64,000 bases of DNA from Trypanosoma brucei (lineage: Eukaryota): contig CH464491.1 of the NCBI GenBank assembly GCA_000002445.1, forward strand, positions 2,304,001 to 2,368,000, in the 5' to 3' direction. Each line of letters starts with the position of its first letter. Position 1 is the stretch's first letter. The position numbers and the translations under genes are program-made. Shown in pieces: positions 10,151 to 21,497 of this stretch. The notes beneath the pieces were generated by a model. The model was not told the origin of the DNA. It did no database searches and was given only the letters and a program-made list of their open reading frames with translations.

Positions 10151-13100
10151 CTGATTTGTACCATAAAATACCAAAGTGAATTTACAAATGATAAACTGGC
10201 GTTTCTTCTCCCTTCTTATTTATTACTTTACTCTTTATTAAGAGGATATGCTCGTACGTGTCTGTCTCTGTGTGCTTGTGTGTGTTTATTTGTATGGCTG
10301 TGAGAAGTGAGGGGAAAAGGGAAGTTATGATTATGAAAATAATAATTATTATAATTGCAATTTTGGTGTGCATACAGTGAGTGGTTGGTTTATATTTGTT
10401 CATGTTTTTGATAACTTCTCTGGGTATCTCAATGTATTTTTATGTAGTTTGTTCGCCTCGGAAATACGAAAAGTGGAAGGGTTTGGTGAAAGTAAAGTAG
10501 AAAATAAAACTAAGAGGATATGTTTTAATTTTTGAAAAAAAAAAGCAACAGAAAGACAGAGAAATGGTAAATGAGGAAGTGAATCACTAGCGGAAATATA
10601 AAAGGCGAGTAAAAGAAAAACAACACCAACAACAACGACAAATAAGTCACTACAGCGGCGGGAAGCGCACGAGTCCACCCGCTAGACAACCGTTAGCCGG
10701 TTCACACGGCGTCATGTTGTAAAAAGAAGGTAAAAAAAAAACGGAAACGGTGGTAACGTTAAATATATTTAATAATTTTTTTATTTATTATGGTTGTACA
10801 GCTGAGTACGTCGGTTCACACTCGGATTGTTTTTTTTTCTTGTTTGATCTTTTCCACCGCTTGCGTTTATGATATGTTTATTCCTGTCGGATCGGACGGT
10901 ATTTTTAGATGTACTCTAAGATTATTTATGTGCCCTTTTACCCGTGTACTTCATGCCATCATGTCTTCTTTTTTTTTTTTTTTACTTCCCCTTTCAACTC
11001 GGTGTTATTTTTCCTGTTAGCCACACCGCTGGTGAATAAACCGGGACGAGGGGAGCAAGAGTGGTGTAACGGGGTAGTGAAATGAAAGGTTGTGGCAACT
11101 TCTCTTCTTCTTGTTGTTACTTTGTTTTGTTTTGTTTTGTTTTTTTTCCACCCCTCCTTCTTTACTTACGTTCGATGTCATTTTTGTTTGTTTGCCAACA
11201 CTTCACCCAGCTGCAGTGCCCATTTCCCCCCCTTTTTTTTTTGTCACCGTGTTTTGCATATTCTCTTCCTTATGTGGTTCCGCCTTTCATCCTCTTAATT
11301 TCAATAAATGAGAGGAAACAAAACGAATGACCCCTTGATAAACGAGGCATGTAAGGCCGCTGCTCCACGATTTCATGTTCCATTTCTCGCTTTTTGTTGC
11401 TACCAAAAAAATAAAATAAAATAAAAATTAAAATGTATTCAATTCGGATCACATATTTGCGTGTGTATTTATACTTATTTATATTTATTTATATGTATTT
11501 ATATGTATTTAAACATCTGGGGAGCGGAAGGAACGGGATTTTCTCTCTTTCTTTTCTTTTTCCCCCCCCCCCCCCACTCCCTCCGCTTTCCTTTTGTTAT
11601 GTGGAGATTGAGAAGAAAGGAGGCGTTGTGTTGCGCTCGCCTGTTCGCATGTGGAGAATTTCTTTCGGGACATGTATAAAAAACGAGTTACGGAAATATA
11701 ACAACTTCAGCACGTTACCACAAGTGAGGAAATGCGAGAATAAGAGAGAAGGAGAAGGAGGAGGAGAAGGAAGGATATTAATTATTGGAAAGGGGGGAAA
11801 ACATATATTGCTTGAAACACCCCATAAACTGGACAGAATCTGAAGGCACAACACGGCTTTTTTAAAAGTTTAGTTCTAGTTTTAGTTTTAGTTTTTTTGT
11901 GTGTGCTTTGTTCGTTATGTTTCGTGTTTGTGTTATATTTGAAGGGTGTGCCCCATTTCCATCGTGTTACCTTTTTCTTTTTTGGCTTATTTCTCGGCCA
12001 CAACACATCACATGAGATCGCTTCACCTCACTTTCCTCTTCTTCTCATTTCTCTCACTTTTTTTTAAAAAAAAGAAATCTGCGAAGTCTTTCATTACTTT
12101 GTTTCCTTTGCTGTTTTACTGTTGCTGTTTACTGTTACTGTTGTTGTTTTTCCGCACTTGTAACTCAATTCCCGAGTGTGTATGCGCCTTTTCTTGTTTT
12201 ACCCGTCAATTCGGCTTCATTTTTTTCCTTTTGCTATACGGGTTAATTGTGCATTCTTGTGTGGTTATACGCGCGACCAGAATAATGATAAGCGCGGCAT
12301 ATTACAAACAAACAAACAAAATTCTTCAACTCCTTAACACTTTTTTTTTTTGATGTTTCCTTTGCTTTCATCTCATTTAAATATTGCCCGCAATTTGTTT
12401 CCAGCGATAAATAAAAATAGGGAACGTAAAAGGAATGGCGGTCAACTGCCAATCAGGGAATTACAAAAGGCCGCCGTACCGTCGGATATATTCCCCTCTT
12501 TTTGTTTTTTTTCACTCCTTTTGTATATCTGTGGTTTGCGTTAAGTCATACTTTTGTTTTTGTTGTCGTTGTTTTTCGATGTTTCTTTTCTTCCTTTAAA
12601 AAAAAAAAAAATGTTGCTTAAAGCCTTAAAGTGTGTTACGTTTGTAATTAAAGCCTGCGGTCGCCTTTTTTTTTTTTTATGCTTTTGTCATGTTCTTCTA
12701 TATATCCTTTACCCGCTGGGATTCGTTCACACCCATTGTTATTTGTTCGCCTTCCGTTATGGTTTCCCTTCTGTTTTTTTTTCTGCTTTCAACTTCTTCA
12801 GTTTCATCTTTGTTTTGCGTTTTTTTTTTTCTGTGTCTTTAATGCATATTTATTTTTCTTGCGCCGTCGCCTCTTTTTTTCTTTTTCTTTTTTTCGGCTG
12901 GACGTTTTGGAACTCCTTATGTTCTTTCGTGTATATTTGTTGCTATGGGACGTTGGGCCGCTGAAACTTCATAACAGTCGAAGCAGAAAAGAAGAGAAAA
13001 AGGAAAAGAAAAAGGCAAACAAACGAAGATGAAAAAAAAAAAGAAAAGTGGTTGAAATAAAAAGAAAAAAAAGGGAGAACTAAAGGAAGTGCCTGTGACG

Positions 13101-14130
13101 AACCAAAAGGGGAAGAGAGGAATATGTGTTTTGTTTGTATATTCATATATTTACAAATTATCAAAACGTGTTAATTACTTTTCTTTCGCTTCTCGAGCGA
13201 CCGTGCTTTCTTCCTCGAGAAGAAAAATTTGTCGTTTTATGTTTTTTGTTTTTAAAATAAAAAATTTATGTATTTGGTTTTCCTTTTCTTTTCTTTTCTT
13301 TTTTTTTTTACTCTCCCTCTCTCTCTCTTTCTTCTTTTTTCAGAGGAGTGTGGAGGAAAAAGAAACAGAAAACAACGACAGCACATCTTTATAATGTTTT
13401 ATTTATGCATTCGTTTTTTGTTTCTTTTTTTTTCTTTTTTGCTTTGTTCAATTTCCGATGATACGAAATATTTTCCTCTTTTTGTCACCAACGACTGCAC
13501 TGACTGGATTCGGGTTGGGAATTGAGAGTTGGTTGGTGAAGAGGGAATGAGAAATTGCAGTCGCCGCTTTCTCTTTTTTTTTCTTTTTTCTTTTTATTAT
13601 TGTCGTTTGGTTTCGTCCATTTGCTTCTGCTCACTCGTGTTTGTGCCTTTATTTTCTCAGGTAACTGCCTCATATCACCGACTGCTGCGTAGAGGGGGGG
13701 AAAAAAAAACAGCAACAACAACAACTAAAGATGTGGAAATGATAAAGTTACGGCGTTTGTTTCTCCATTCCAAGCCGTAACGCAAATTTAAAACATGTGA
13801 GTGTGTAACGCGGTGAGGAGGAAGGAACCGAGGGAAAGAAGGTTCAAAAAAAAAAAAAAAGAAACAGAGGAAAGAAAAAGAAAGAAAAACAAGGAAGATT
13901 AAATTGAACTAATTAATTAAATTATAAAATAAACAAACAAATAAATTCAAATTCAAATAAATACCAGGAGCGGTAGAAGTGTAGAGTGGAAACGAAAGAC
14001 CTCATGGCGCGGTTGATAAAAATGTTGCTCGCGGTGCATTTGGTTTTCGCAGATGTTCTGCCGCGTCAACAAAAGAGATGAAAAACTATGAAATGATCAA
14101 CTCCAACATACCATACTGTTCAATTTCCTT

Positions 14131-14162
14131 TTTTACTTTTACTTTTACTTTTACTTTTACTT
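14131..14162. repeat. (TTTTAC)5 minisatellite
   Basis: Direct read. Confidence 0.9.
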
Positions 14163-14410
14163 GTTTTTTTCTTTTTTCACTTCTTTTTTTTTTATCAAAT
14201 CAATTTTTGAATATTTCCTGTTTTTTTTTTTTTACGTTACTGCGGTTGCTCATGTTTACAAACTCCAGAGGAGAAAAAATAAAATACAAAAAAAAAACAC
14301 CGCACGCACAAAAATTCACAAAAGCAACACAAACAACATGAAATTTCATTTAAAAAAAAAACAACTGTGATACACCCAAAGTGCGTTACATAACATGAAA
14401 TGATCTCTCT

Positions 14411-14462
14411 GTGTCTGTGTGTGTGTGTGTGTGTCTATGTGTATTTTAATATATATATATAT
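14411..14462. repeat. (GT)n followed by (AT)n microsatellites
   Basis: Direct read. Confidence 0.9.
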
Positions 14463-15387
14463 AAATATGTCAAAAATTATTGAAAACAAAAGAGAGATAT
14501 ATATTTTTTTAAAAATGTTTTTAGTTCAAAAAGATTTTTTTTAAAACACTTCAAAAGCTTACTAAATAAAATGATCGTAAAATAACTCACAAAAAAATTA
14601 CAATAAACAACAACCATTATAACAATTTCCACAAATCTCCTTTTCAATAAACAAAGTTAAGAATACATATATACATTCAAGCCAGGTTCACAAAAGGTAT
14701 TATAGGAAGAGAACAACAAACACCTACTACAGAAACAAATGTTAAAACAACAACAGTAACAAACATTAAAGAAAAATATCAGGTAGAAAAAATGGTTTTC
14801 CCTACATGCCACCACAAAAGCATAAGGAGGTCCACTACAATTATACTGTTGTTCCCAGATATACGGGTGTGCGCCTAAAGGGACACGTGACGTTCAAATT
14901 GGATATCCCTCCCATTGTTGACCGTATCTCACATTATTGGATATGTTGTAATCACTGACGGCTTGCTGTGAACTGCCACAGCTGTACACATGCACACACA
15001 TGTGATTCGGTTTTTCTTCTCCCAATATCCTTCCTTTCATATAATATAGGCAACCACACAATATTGGCACAACACCTGCTATCAAACTACCCTAACCCAA
15101 GTGTCTGTTTGTTTCTTTACGTCACTGGGAGGGTTTTAACAAGAACTAACATTGAGTCTGACTATGTGTGGGGGAGAAGAGAATGGTGGATTGGATCAGG
15201 CACATGTGTCCTACAGTGGCAGTGCGAGTGAGCAAAACATTGCGGAAATGATTGTAGACCCATCAGGTTCCCGTCAGCCCACAGCATTCCAACTCACACT
15301 CGATTGCAATAAGGCAGGAATGGGAAATGTGGATAAGGAACGTGTGGAAGCTATTATACGTAATGTAAGGGAAGGCTCACCTTTTTT

Positions 15388-16881
15388 ATGAATGAGCAGC
15401 GTTTGGCTGAGGGTCGAGAGAAGCAACTGCAAGAGCTGAAGCGGAAATCATCTCTCTTCACTCAGTTGTTGGGTGGTGAACGAAACGCTGCGCAGCGGAA
15501 ACAGTGGGAGCTGAAGGTTTCCAAAATAGAACAGGAGCTTGAGGCTACGCGTCGACTGGGAACTTATATCCATTTAGACATGGACATGTTTTATGCTGCT
15601 GTTGAAATCAAGAAGCATCCGGAGTACGCCGCCATTCCGCTTGCCATAGGCACAATAACGAGGTTGATAACAACAAATTATGTTGCGCGTGGACGTGGTA
15701 TTCGTCAAGGTATGCCAGGTTTCCTTGCTCTAAAAATCTGCCCGAATTTGCTCATTCTGCCTCCTGATTTCGATGCTTACAATGAGGAATCCAATACTGT
15801 GCGCCGTATTGTTGCTGAATACGACCCTAATTATATCAGCTTTGGTTTGGATGACTTTACTCTCGAAGTAAGTGCCTACATAGAGCGTTTTGAGGGAACC
15901 AAAACAGCCGAAGATGTGGCTTCTGAACTGCGTGTGCGTGTATTTGGTGAAACAAAGTTGACAGCAAGTGCTGGTATTGGACCCACTGCAGCACTTGCCA
16001 AGATTGCCAGTAATATTAATAAGCCGAATGGACAACATGATCTTAATCTTCACACCCGAGGGGATGTGATGACATACGTCAGGGATTTGGGTCTACGTTC
16101 TGTGCCTGGTGTTGGGAAGGTTACGGAAGCTCTGTTGAAGGGACTGGGTATCACCACTCTCTCAGATATTTACAATAGGCGTGTTGAACTTTGTTACATT
16201 TTGCACAATAATTTATTTCGCTTTTTGCTTGGAGCTTCCATTGGCATTATGCAATGGCCCGATGCAGCAACGGCAGCCAATACCGAGAATTGTGAGGGGG
16301 CTACTGGAGAGCAACGGAAGGCAATCAGTAGCGAGCGATCCATCACTACTCCACGAACCAAAGAAGGTATGCAGGAAATGCTTGATACCGTATTCAATGG
16401 TGCCTATGAAGAAATGCGGAAGAGTGAGCTAATGTGTAGACGCATTTCGTTAAGAATTAGGTGGGCCTCCTATCGTTATCAACAATACACAAAAAGTTTG
16501 ATACAATATTCAGATGACTCTGCAACCCTTCGCCGCGCAGTGGATGGTTTACTGTTACCGCATGCTGCAAAGTATTCAGAGATTTCACTGTTGGGGGTAC
16601 GTTTTCTTGACCTTATCTCTGCAAAAGACTTTCATATGAAAAGAAAGGGTGGTAACCAACTGTCTATTTCACAATTTATTCGCCCCAAGAAGCCGGGTGA
16701 GGTAACAGCAACCACCGGTATAAAAAGGGAGAGAACTACTGAACCGAAACAGGTTGTTGGAGTGAATCTATCATCAGATGACGAGGATGAGAATGATAGT
16801 GTTGGCTTGGCATCTAGCTCCACTATACTCGTTTCAACTGACAAAGGTACTGTTGAGAGGGAAGTTACCATAATTGAGTGA
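15388..16881 (+). CDS. DNA polymerase kappa (Y-family/DinB-like), array copy 1. The N-terminal 79 codons (15152-15391) lie in another frame because of a 1-nt loss, so this may be a pseudogene or a sequence error.
   Basis: The 497 aa ORF carries the Y-family catalytic motif 'HLDMDMFYAAVE', the 'SAGIGPTAALAKIAS' thumb motif and an HhH-like 'VPGVGKVTEALLKGLGI'. The upstream 79-aa ORF 'MSLTMCGG...GSPFL' is homologous to the N-terminus of the other copies but is frame-shifted at 15388. Confidence 0.6.
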   Translation: MNEQRLAEGREKQLQELKRKSSLFTQLLGGERNAAQRKQWELKVSKIEQELEATRRLGTYIHLDMDMFYAAVEIKKHPEYAAIPLAIGTITRLITTNYVARGRGIRQGMPGFLALKICPNLLILPPDFDAYNEESNTVRRIVAEYDPNYISFGLDDFTLEVSAYIERFEGTKTAEDVASELRVRVFGETKLTASAGIGPTAALAKIASNINKPNGQHDLNLHTRGDVMTYVRDLGLRSVPGVGKVTEALLKGLGITTLSDIYNRRVELCYILHNNLFRFLLGASIGIMQWPDAATAANTENCEGATGEQRKAISSERSITTPRTKEGMQEMLDTVFNGAYEEMRKSELMCRRISLRIRWASYRYQQYTKSLIQYSDDSATLRRAVDGLLLPHAAKYSEISLLGVRFLDLISAKDFHMKRKGGNQLSISQFIRPKKPGEVTATTGIKRERTTEPKQVVGVNLSSDDEDENDSVGLASSSTILVSTDKGTVEREVTIIE

Positions 16882-17287
16882 AATGAGGACATCAGTCAAT
16901 AGAAATTCCCACATTGCCCAATGGCATTCATATACAAATCACCTATACACAAGTACCCATAAACAAAACACATTATACACATGTATTGTTATACAGCTAT
17001 CATATGTTTTCATTTTTTGAAGTTATACTTTATATGGTTTATTACTTACATTGTTTTTTTCTTAAGCATGCTTGTGCTCATGTACAACCAGTGGAGCAAC
17101 TGGCTAATAACTCCTTCATCTTTGTGCGGACACCTTGGTGTATCCTATACTTTCTTTGAGGCCTTCTAATCCAGGTACTTTTTACACACTGTGACGCTAA
17201 TAAGTGTAGTTCTTTCTTTTGATTAATGTCTACTGCGTGCAGTGATGCGAAAAAGTCTGTACTTTATTTGTATGTTTATCTTCGGGT

Positions 17288-18181
17288 TTGATTTGTTTGG
17301 TTGCTGATGGCAGTGGAAGGCCTCTGCAATTATGTTTGTGTTTTTGTTTCTTTGTGTTGCTGTTTTTCTATATTTTTGGAGTTTGTTTTTTTTCTTCCTG
17401 TTTTTTTGCACTTCTTTTCTTTGCTTTCCTCTTGCAACATATTTTTTTATGTAATTGTATTTTTTTTGTGTGTGTAATGGTGGCGGATGTTGTTTTTGTT
17501 TTAGTAGTTGAAGTTTTTGTTTGTTGTTGGATTGAGAGCGACAACGGTAGTTTGCTGATGGTTTCGTTTATTTACAGCTGCGTCTCTAGTCGTCTGATGT
17601 TTGCTAGTGTGAAGAGGGCTGTTGGGCAATATTCATGTTTTCATGTGATTTGTTCCCCGCGCTTCCACAGTAACTATGTTGTGGGGGTCAACAAGGCGCC
17701 TAGTTGGATCGCGTCCCCGACAGAAAGGCGACGAAAGTTTGGTGAAGAGTGCCTTGCCGAAGGTAAAGAGCGGGATGGCGACATGGATGTAGAGCTTGTT
17801 CCCGTGGACGTGAAAAAGCTTGCTTTGCCCCTGCACCTCACGGACTCGATCCCGCAGGATATCGTCGATAATATCGTTGCGAGAGATAGAACACTTGTTT
17901 TCGCGCCAAACATGAAGATACTAGACCTGCACAGGCGGTTGTCCCGGATGAAGTATCGGATAAGCGTCCAGCCGCTTGGGAAGGTGCTGCACTTCCGATT
18001 CTTTCGGCTGTGTAAATTGTCCAGCGGTATGCCCGGAGATGTTACAGTGGAAACCTTCCGCAGCATCCAGCAGAAACTCTCCGAGTACACAAGATTTTTG
18101 GTGATGGATGAACGTTGGCCACTGGAGTTGTCATTAGAAATTACCCCCATTATTGAGCATCAACGGAAAGCAATGCTTTGA
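17288..18181 (+). other. partial duplicate (5' 0.9 kb) of the downstream Y-family paralog gene (=40702-41595), truncated by a scaffold gap
   Basis: The 297 aa ORF is identical except for 1 aa to the first 297 aa of the 40702-42636 ORF. The preceding intergenic region is of the array-terminal type. It ends at the N run beginning at 18186. Confidence 0.5.
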
Positions 18182-18185
18182 TGCC

Positions 18186-18286
18186 ANNNNNNNNNNNNNN
18201 NNNNNNNNNNNNNNNNNNNNNNNNNNNNNNNNNNNNNNNNNNNNNNNNNNNNNNNNNNNNNNNNNNNNNNNNNNNNNNNNNNNNNN
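18186..18286. other. assembly gap (N run)
   Basis: About 100 consecutive N. The sequence resumes in the middle of an array intergenic unit. Confidence 0.95.
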
Positions 18287-18899
18287 ACATGTATTGTTAT
18301 ACACCTATCATATGTTTTCATTTTTTGAAGTTATACTTTATATGGTTTATTACTTACATTGTTTTTTTCTTAAGCATGCTTGTGCTCATGTACAACCAGT
18401 GGAGCAACTGGCTAATAACTCCTTCATCTTTGTGCGGACACCTTGGTGTATCCTATACTTTCTTTGAGGCCTTCTAATCCAGGTACTTTTTACACACTGT
18501 GACGCTAATAAGTGTAGTTCTTTCTTTTGATTAATGTCTACTGCGTGCAGTGATGCGAAAAAGTGTGTACTTTATTTGTATGTTTATCTTCGGGTTTGAT
18601 TTGTTTGGTTGCTGATGACAGCGGAAGGTCTCTGCAATTATGAAAACTCATAAGGAGGTCCACTATAATTATACTGTTGTTCCCAGATATACGGGTGTGC
18701 GCCTAAAGGGACACGTGACGTTCAAATTGGATATCCCTCCCATTGTTGACCGTATCTCACATTATTGGATATGTTGTAATCACTGACGGCTTGCTGTGAA
18801 CTGCCACAGCTGTACACATGCACACACATGTGATTCGGTTTTTCTTCTCCTAATATCCTTCCTTTCATATAATATAGGCAACCACACAATATTGGCACA

Positions 18900-18979
18900 A
18901 CACCTGCTATCAAACTACCCTAACCCAAGTGTCTGTTTGTTTCTTTACGTCACTGGGAGGGTTTTAACAAGAACTAACA
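18900..18979 (+). promoter_or_regulatory. putative trans-splicing acceptor region (polypyrimidine tract plus AG) upstream of the pol kappa ATG. It is repeated in every array unit.
   Basis: 'ctgtttgtttctttacgtcactgggagggttttaacaagaactaacattgagtctgactATG' contains a pyrimidine tract followed by several AG dinucleotides 10-45 nt before the ATG. This is the typical kinetoplastid organisation. Nothing has been mapped experimentally. Confidence 0.3.
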
Positions 18980-20704
18980 TTGAGTCTGACTATGTGTGGG
19001 GGAGAAGAGAATGGTGGATTGGATCAGGCACATGTGTCCTACAGTGGCAGTGCGAGTGAGCAAAACATTGCGGAAATGATTGTAGACCCATCAGCTTCCC
19101 GTCAGCCCACAGCATTCCAACTCACACTCGATTGCAATAAGGCAGGAATGGGAAATGTGGATAAGGAGCGTGTCGCTGCAGTGATACATGAGATGTCTGC
19201 GGGATCAGGGTACCTTTGCAATCAGCAGCGTTTATCAAAAAGTCGAGAGAAGCAACTGCAAGAACTCAAGCGGAAATCATCTCTCTTCACTCAGTTGTTG
19301 GGTGGTGAACGAAACGCTGCGCGGCGGACGCAGTGGGAGGTGAAGGTTTCCAAAATAGAACAGGAGCTTGAGGCTACGCGTCGACTGGGAACTTATATCC
19401 ATTTAGACATGGACATGTTTTATGCTGCTGTTGAAATCAAGAAGCATCCGGAGTACGCCAACGTTCCGCTTGCAGTTGGAACTAAAACAATGCTAACAAC
19501 CGCAAATTATGTTGCTAGAGGTTGTGGTGTCCGTCCTGGTATGCCAGGTTATATCGGATTGAAGATTTGCCCGAATTTGCTCATTCTGCCTCCTGATTTC
19601 GATACTTACAATGAGGAATCCAATACTGTGCGCCGTATTGTTGCTGAATACGACCCTAATTACATCAGCTTTGGTTTGGATGAACTGACCCTTGAGGTAA
19701 GTGCCTACATAGAGCGTTTTGAGGGAACCAAAACAGCCGAAGATGTGGCTTCTGAACTGCGTGTGCGTGTATTTGGTGAAACAAAGTTGACAGCAAGTGC
19801 TGGTATTGGACCCACTGCAGCACTTGCCAAGATTGCCAGTAATATTAATAAGCCGAATGGACAACATGATCTTAATCTTCACACCCGAGGGGATGTGATG
19901 ACATACGTCAGGGATTTGGGTCTACGTTCTGTGCCTGGTATTGGGAAGGCTATGGAAGCTCTGTTGAAGGGACTGGGTATCACCACTCTCTCAGATATTT
20001 ACAATAGGCGTGTTGAACTTTGTTATATCTTTACCGAAAAAACATATCGCTTTTTGCTTGGAGCTTCCATTGGCATTATGCAATGGCCCGATGCGTGTAA
20101 TATACCGGGTGGCTCTGTCGATGATGGGACAGGTGTGGGAAGGAAGTCAGTTGGTAGTGAACGTACATTCAAAATATTGCAAAGCAAAGAGGAATTACAG
20201 GAAATTGTTGATTTTATTTTTAATTCTTCGTATGATGAACTAAAGAAACATGAGCTGATGTGTAGACAGGTTTCGTTAAGAATAAGGTGGGCAACCTATC
20301 GATCCCGGCAGTATACTATGAATTTAGCCCAACATTCAGATGACTCTGCAACCCTTCGCCGCGCAGTGGATGGTTTACTGTTACCGCATGCTGCAAAGTA
20401 CTCAGATATGTCGTTACTGGGGATGCGTCTGTTAGACCTTATCTTTGCAAAAGACTTTCATATGAAAAGAAAGGGTGGTAACCAACTGTCTATTTCACAA
20501 TTTATTCGCCCCAAGAAGCCGGGTGAGGTAACAGCAACCACCGGTATAAAAAGGGAGAGGACTACTGAACCGAAACAGGTTGTGGAAATAATAATATCAT
20601 CAGATGACGAGGATGAGAATGATAGTGTTGGCTTGGCATCTAGCTCCACTATACTCGTTTCAACTGGCAAAGGTACTGTTGAGAGGGAAGTTACCATAAT
20701 TTAG
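18980..20704 (+). CDS. DNA polymerase kappa (Y-family), array copy 2
   Basis: 574 aa ORF with DMDMFYAAVE, SAGIGPTAALAKIAS and an HhH motif. It carries variant cassettes 'KTMLTTANYVARGCGVRPGMPGYIGL' and 'IFTEKTYRF...TFKILQSKEELQEI'. Confidence 0.85.
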   Translation: MSLTMCGGEENGGLDQAHVSYSGSASEQNIAEMIVDPSASRQPTAFQLTLDCNKAGMGNVDKERVAAVIHEMSAGSGYLCNQQRLSKSREKQLQELKRKSSLFTQLLGGERNAARRTQWEVKVSKIEQELEATRRLGTYIHLDMDMFYAAVEIKKHPEYANVPLAVGTKTMLTTANYVARGCGVRPGMPGYIGLKICPNLLILPPDFDTYNEESNTVRRIVAEYDPNYISFGLDELTLEVSAYIERFEGTKTAEDVASELRVRVFGETKLTASAGIGPTAALAKIASNINKPNGQHDLNLHTRGDVMTYVRDLGLRSVPGIGKAMEALLKGLGITTLSDIYNRRVELCYIFTEKTYRFLLGASIGIMQWPDACNIPGGSVDDGTGVGRKSVGSERTFKILQSKEELQEIVDFIFNSSYDELKKHELMCRQVSLRIRWATYRSRQYTMNLAQHSDDSATLRRAVDGLLLPHAAKYSDMSLLGMRLLDLIFAKDFHMKRKGGNQLSISQFIRPKKPGEVTATTGIKRERTTEPKQVVEIIISSDDEDENDSVGLASSSTILVSTGKGTVEREVTII

Positions 20705-21497
20705 TGAAGTGAGGACATCAGTCAATGGAAACGCTCACATTGCCCAATGGCATTCATATACAAATCACCTATACACAAGTACCCATAAACAAAACACATT
20801 ATACACATGTATTGTTATACAGCTATCATATGTTTTCATTTTTTGAAGTTATACTTTATATGGTTTATTACTTACATTGTTTTTTTCTTAAGCATGCTTG
20901 TGCTCATGTACAACCAGTGGAGCAACTGGCTAATAACTCCTTCATCTTTGTGCGGACACCTTGGTGTATCCTATACTTTCTTTGAGGCCTTCTAATCCAG
21001 GTACTTTTTACACACTGTGACGCTAATAAGTGTAGTTCTTTCTTTTGATTAATGTCTACTGCGTGCAGTGATGTGAAAAAGTCTGTACTTTATTTGTATG
21101 TTTATCTTCGGGTTTGATTTGTTTGGTTGCTGATGACAGCGGAAGGCCTCTGCAATTATGAAAACTCATAAGGAGGTCCACTATAATTATACTGTTGTTC
21201 CCAGATATACGGGTGTGCGCCTAAAGGGACACGTGACGTTCAAATTGGATATCCCTCCCATTGTTGACCGTATCTCACATTATTGGATATGTTGTAATCA
21301 CTGACGGCTTGCTGTGAACTGCCACAGCTGTACACATGCACACACATGTGATTCGGTTTTTCTTCTCCCAATATCCTTCCTTTCATATAATATAGGCAAC
21401 CACACAATATTGGCACAACACCTGCTATCAAACTACCCTAACCCAAGTGTCTGTTTGTTTCTTTACGTCATTGGGAGGGTTTTAACAAGAACTAACA

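Noticed and set aside
11433-13394. Multiple 100-136 aa ORFs in the 9-15 kb tract (F/L/S/C-rich)
   Set aside because: They are translation artefacts of T-rich low-complexity DNA. The ORFs overlap in several frames and lack coding periodicity.
18796-19059. 87-aa + strand ORF (MNCHSCTHAHTC...) and 63-aa minus-strand ORF (MIAGVVPILCGC...) recurring upstream of each pol kappa ATG
   Set aside because: They lie in the spacer/5' leader and overlap the pol kappa start in another frame. They recur only because the spacer is repeated. They are probably not genes, although a regulatory uORF cannot be excluded.
19493-19882. Conserved minus-strand ORFs inside every pol kappa copy (MKIKIMLSIRLINITGNLGKCC..., MNTVSSISCIPSLVRG..., METFSSHCFRCAAFRSPP...)
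   Set aside because: They are antisense frames of the conserved pol kappa CDS. Their conservation is explained entirely by repeat identity, and they have no independent coding signature.
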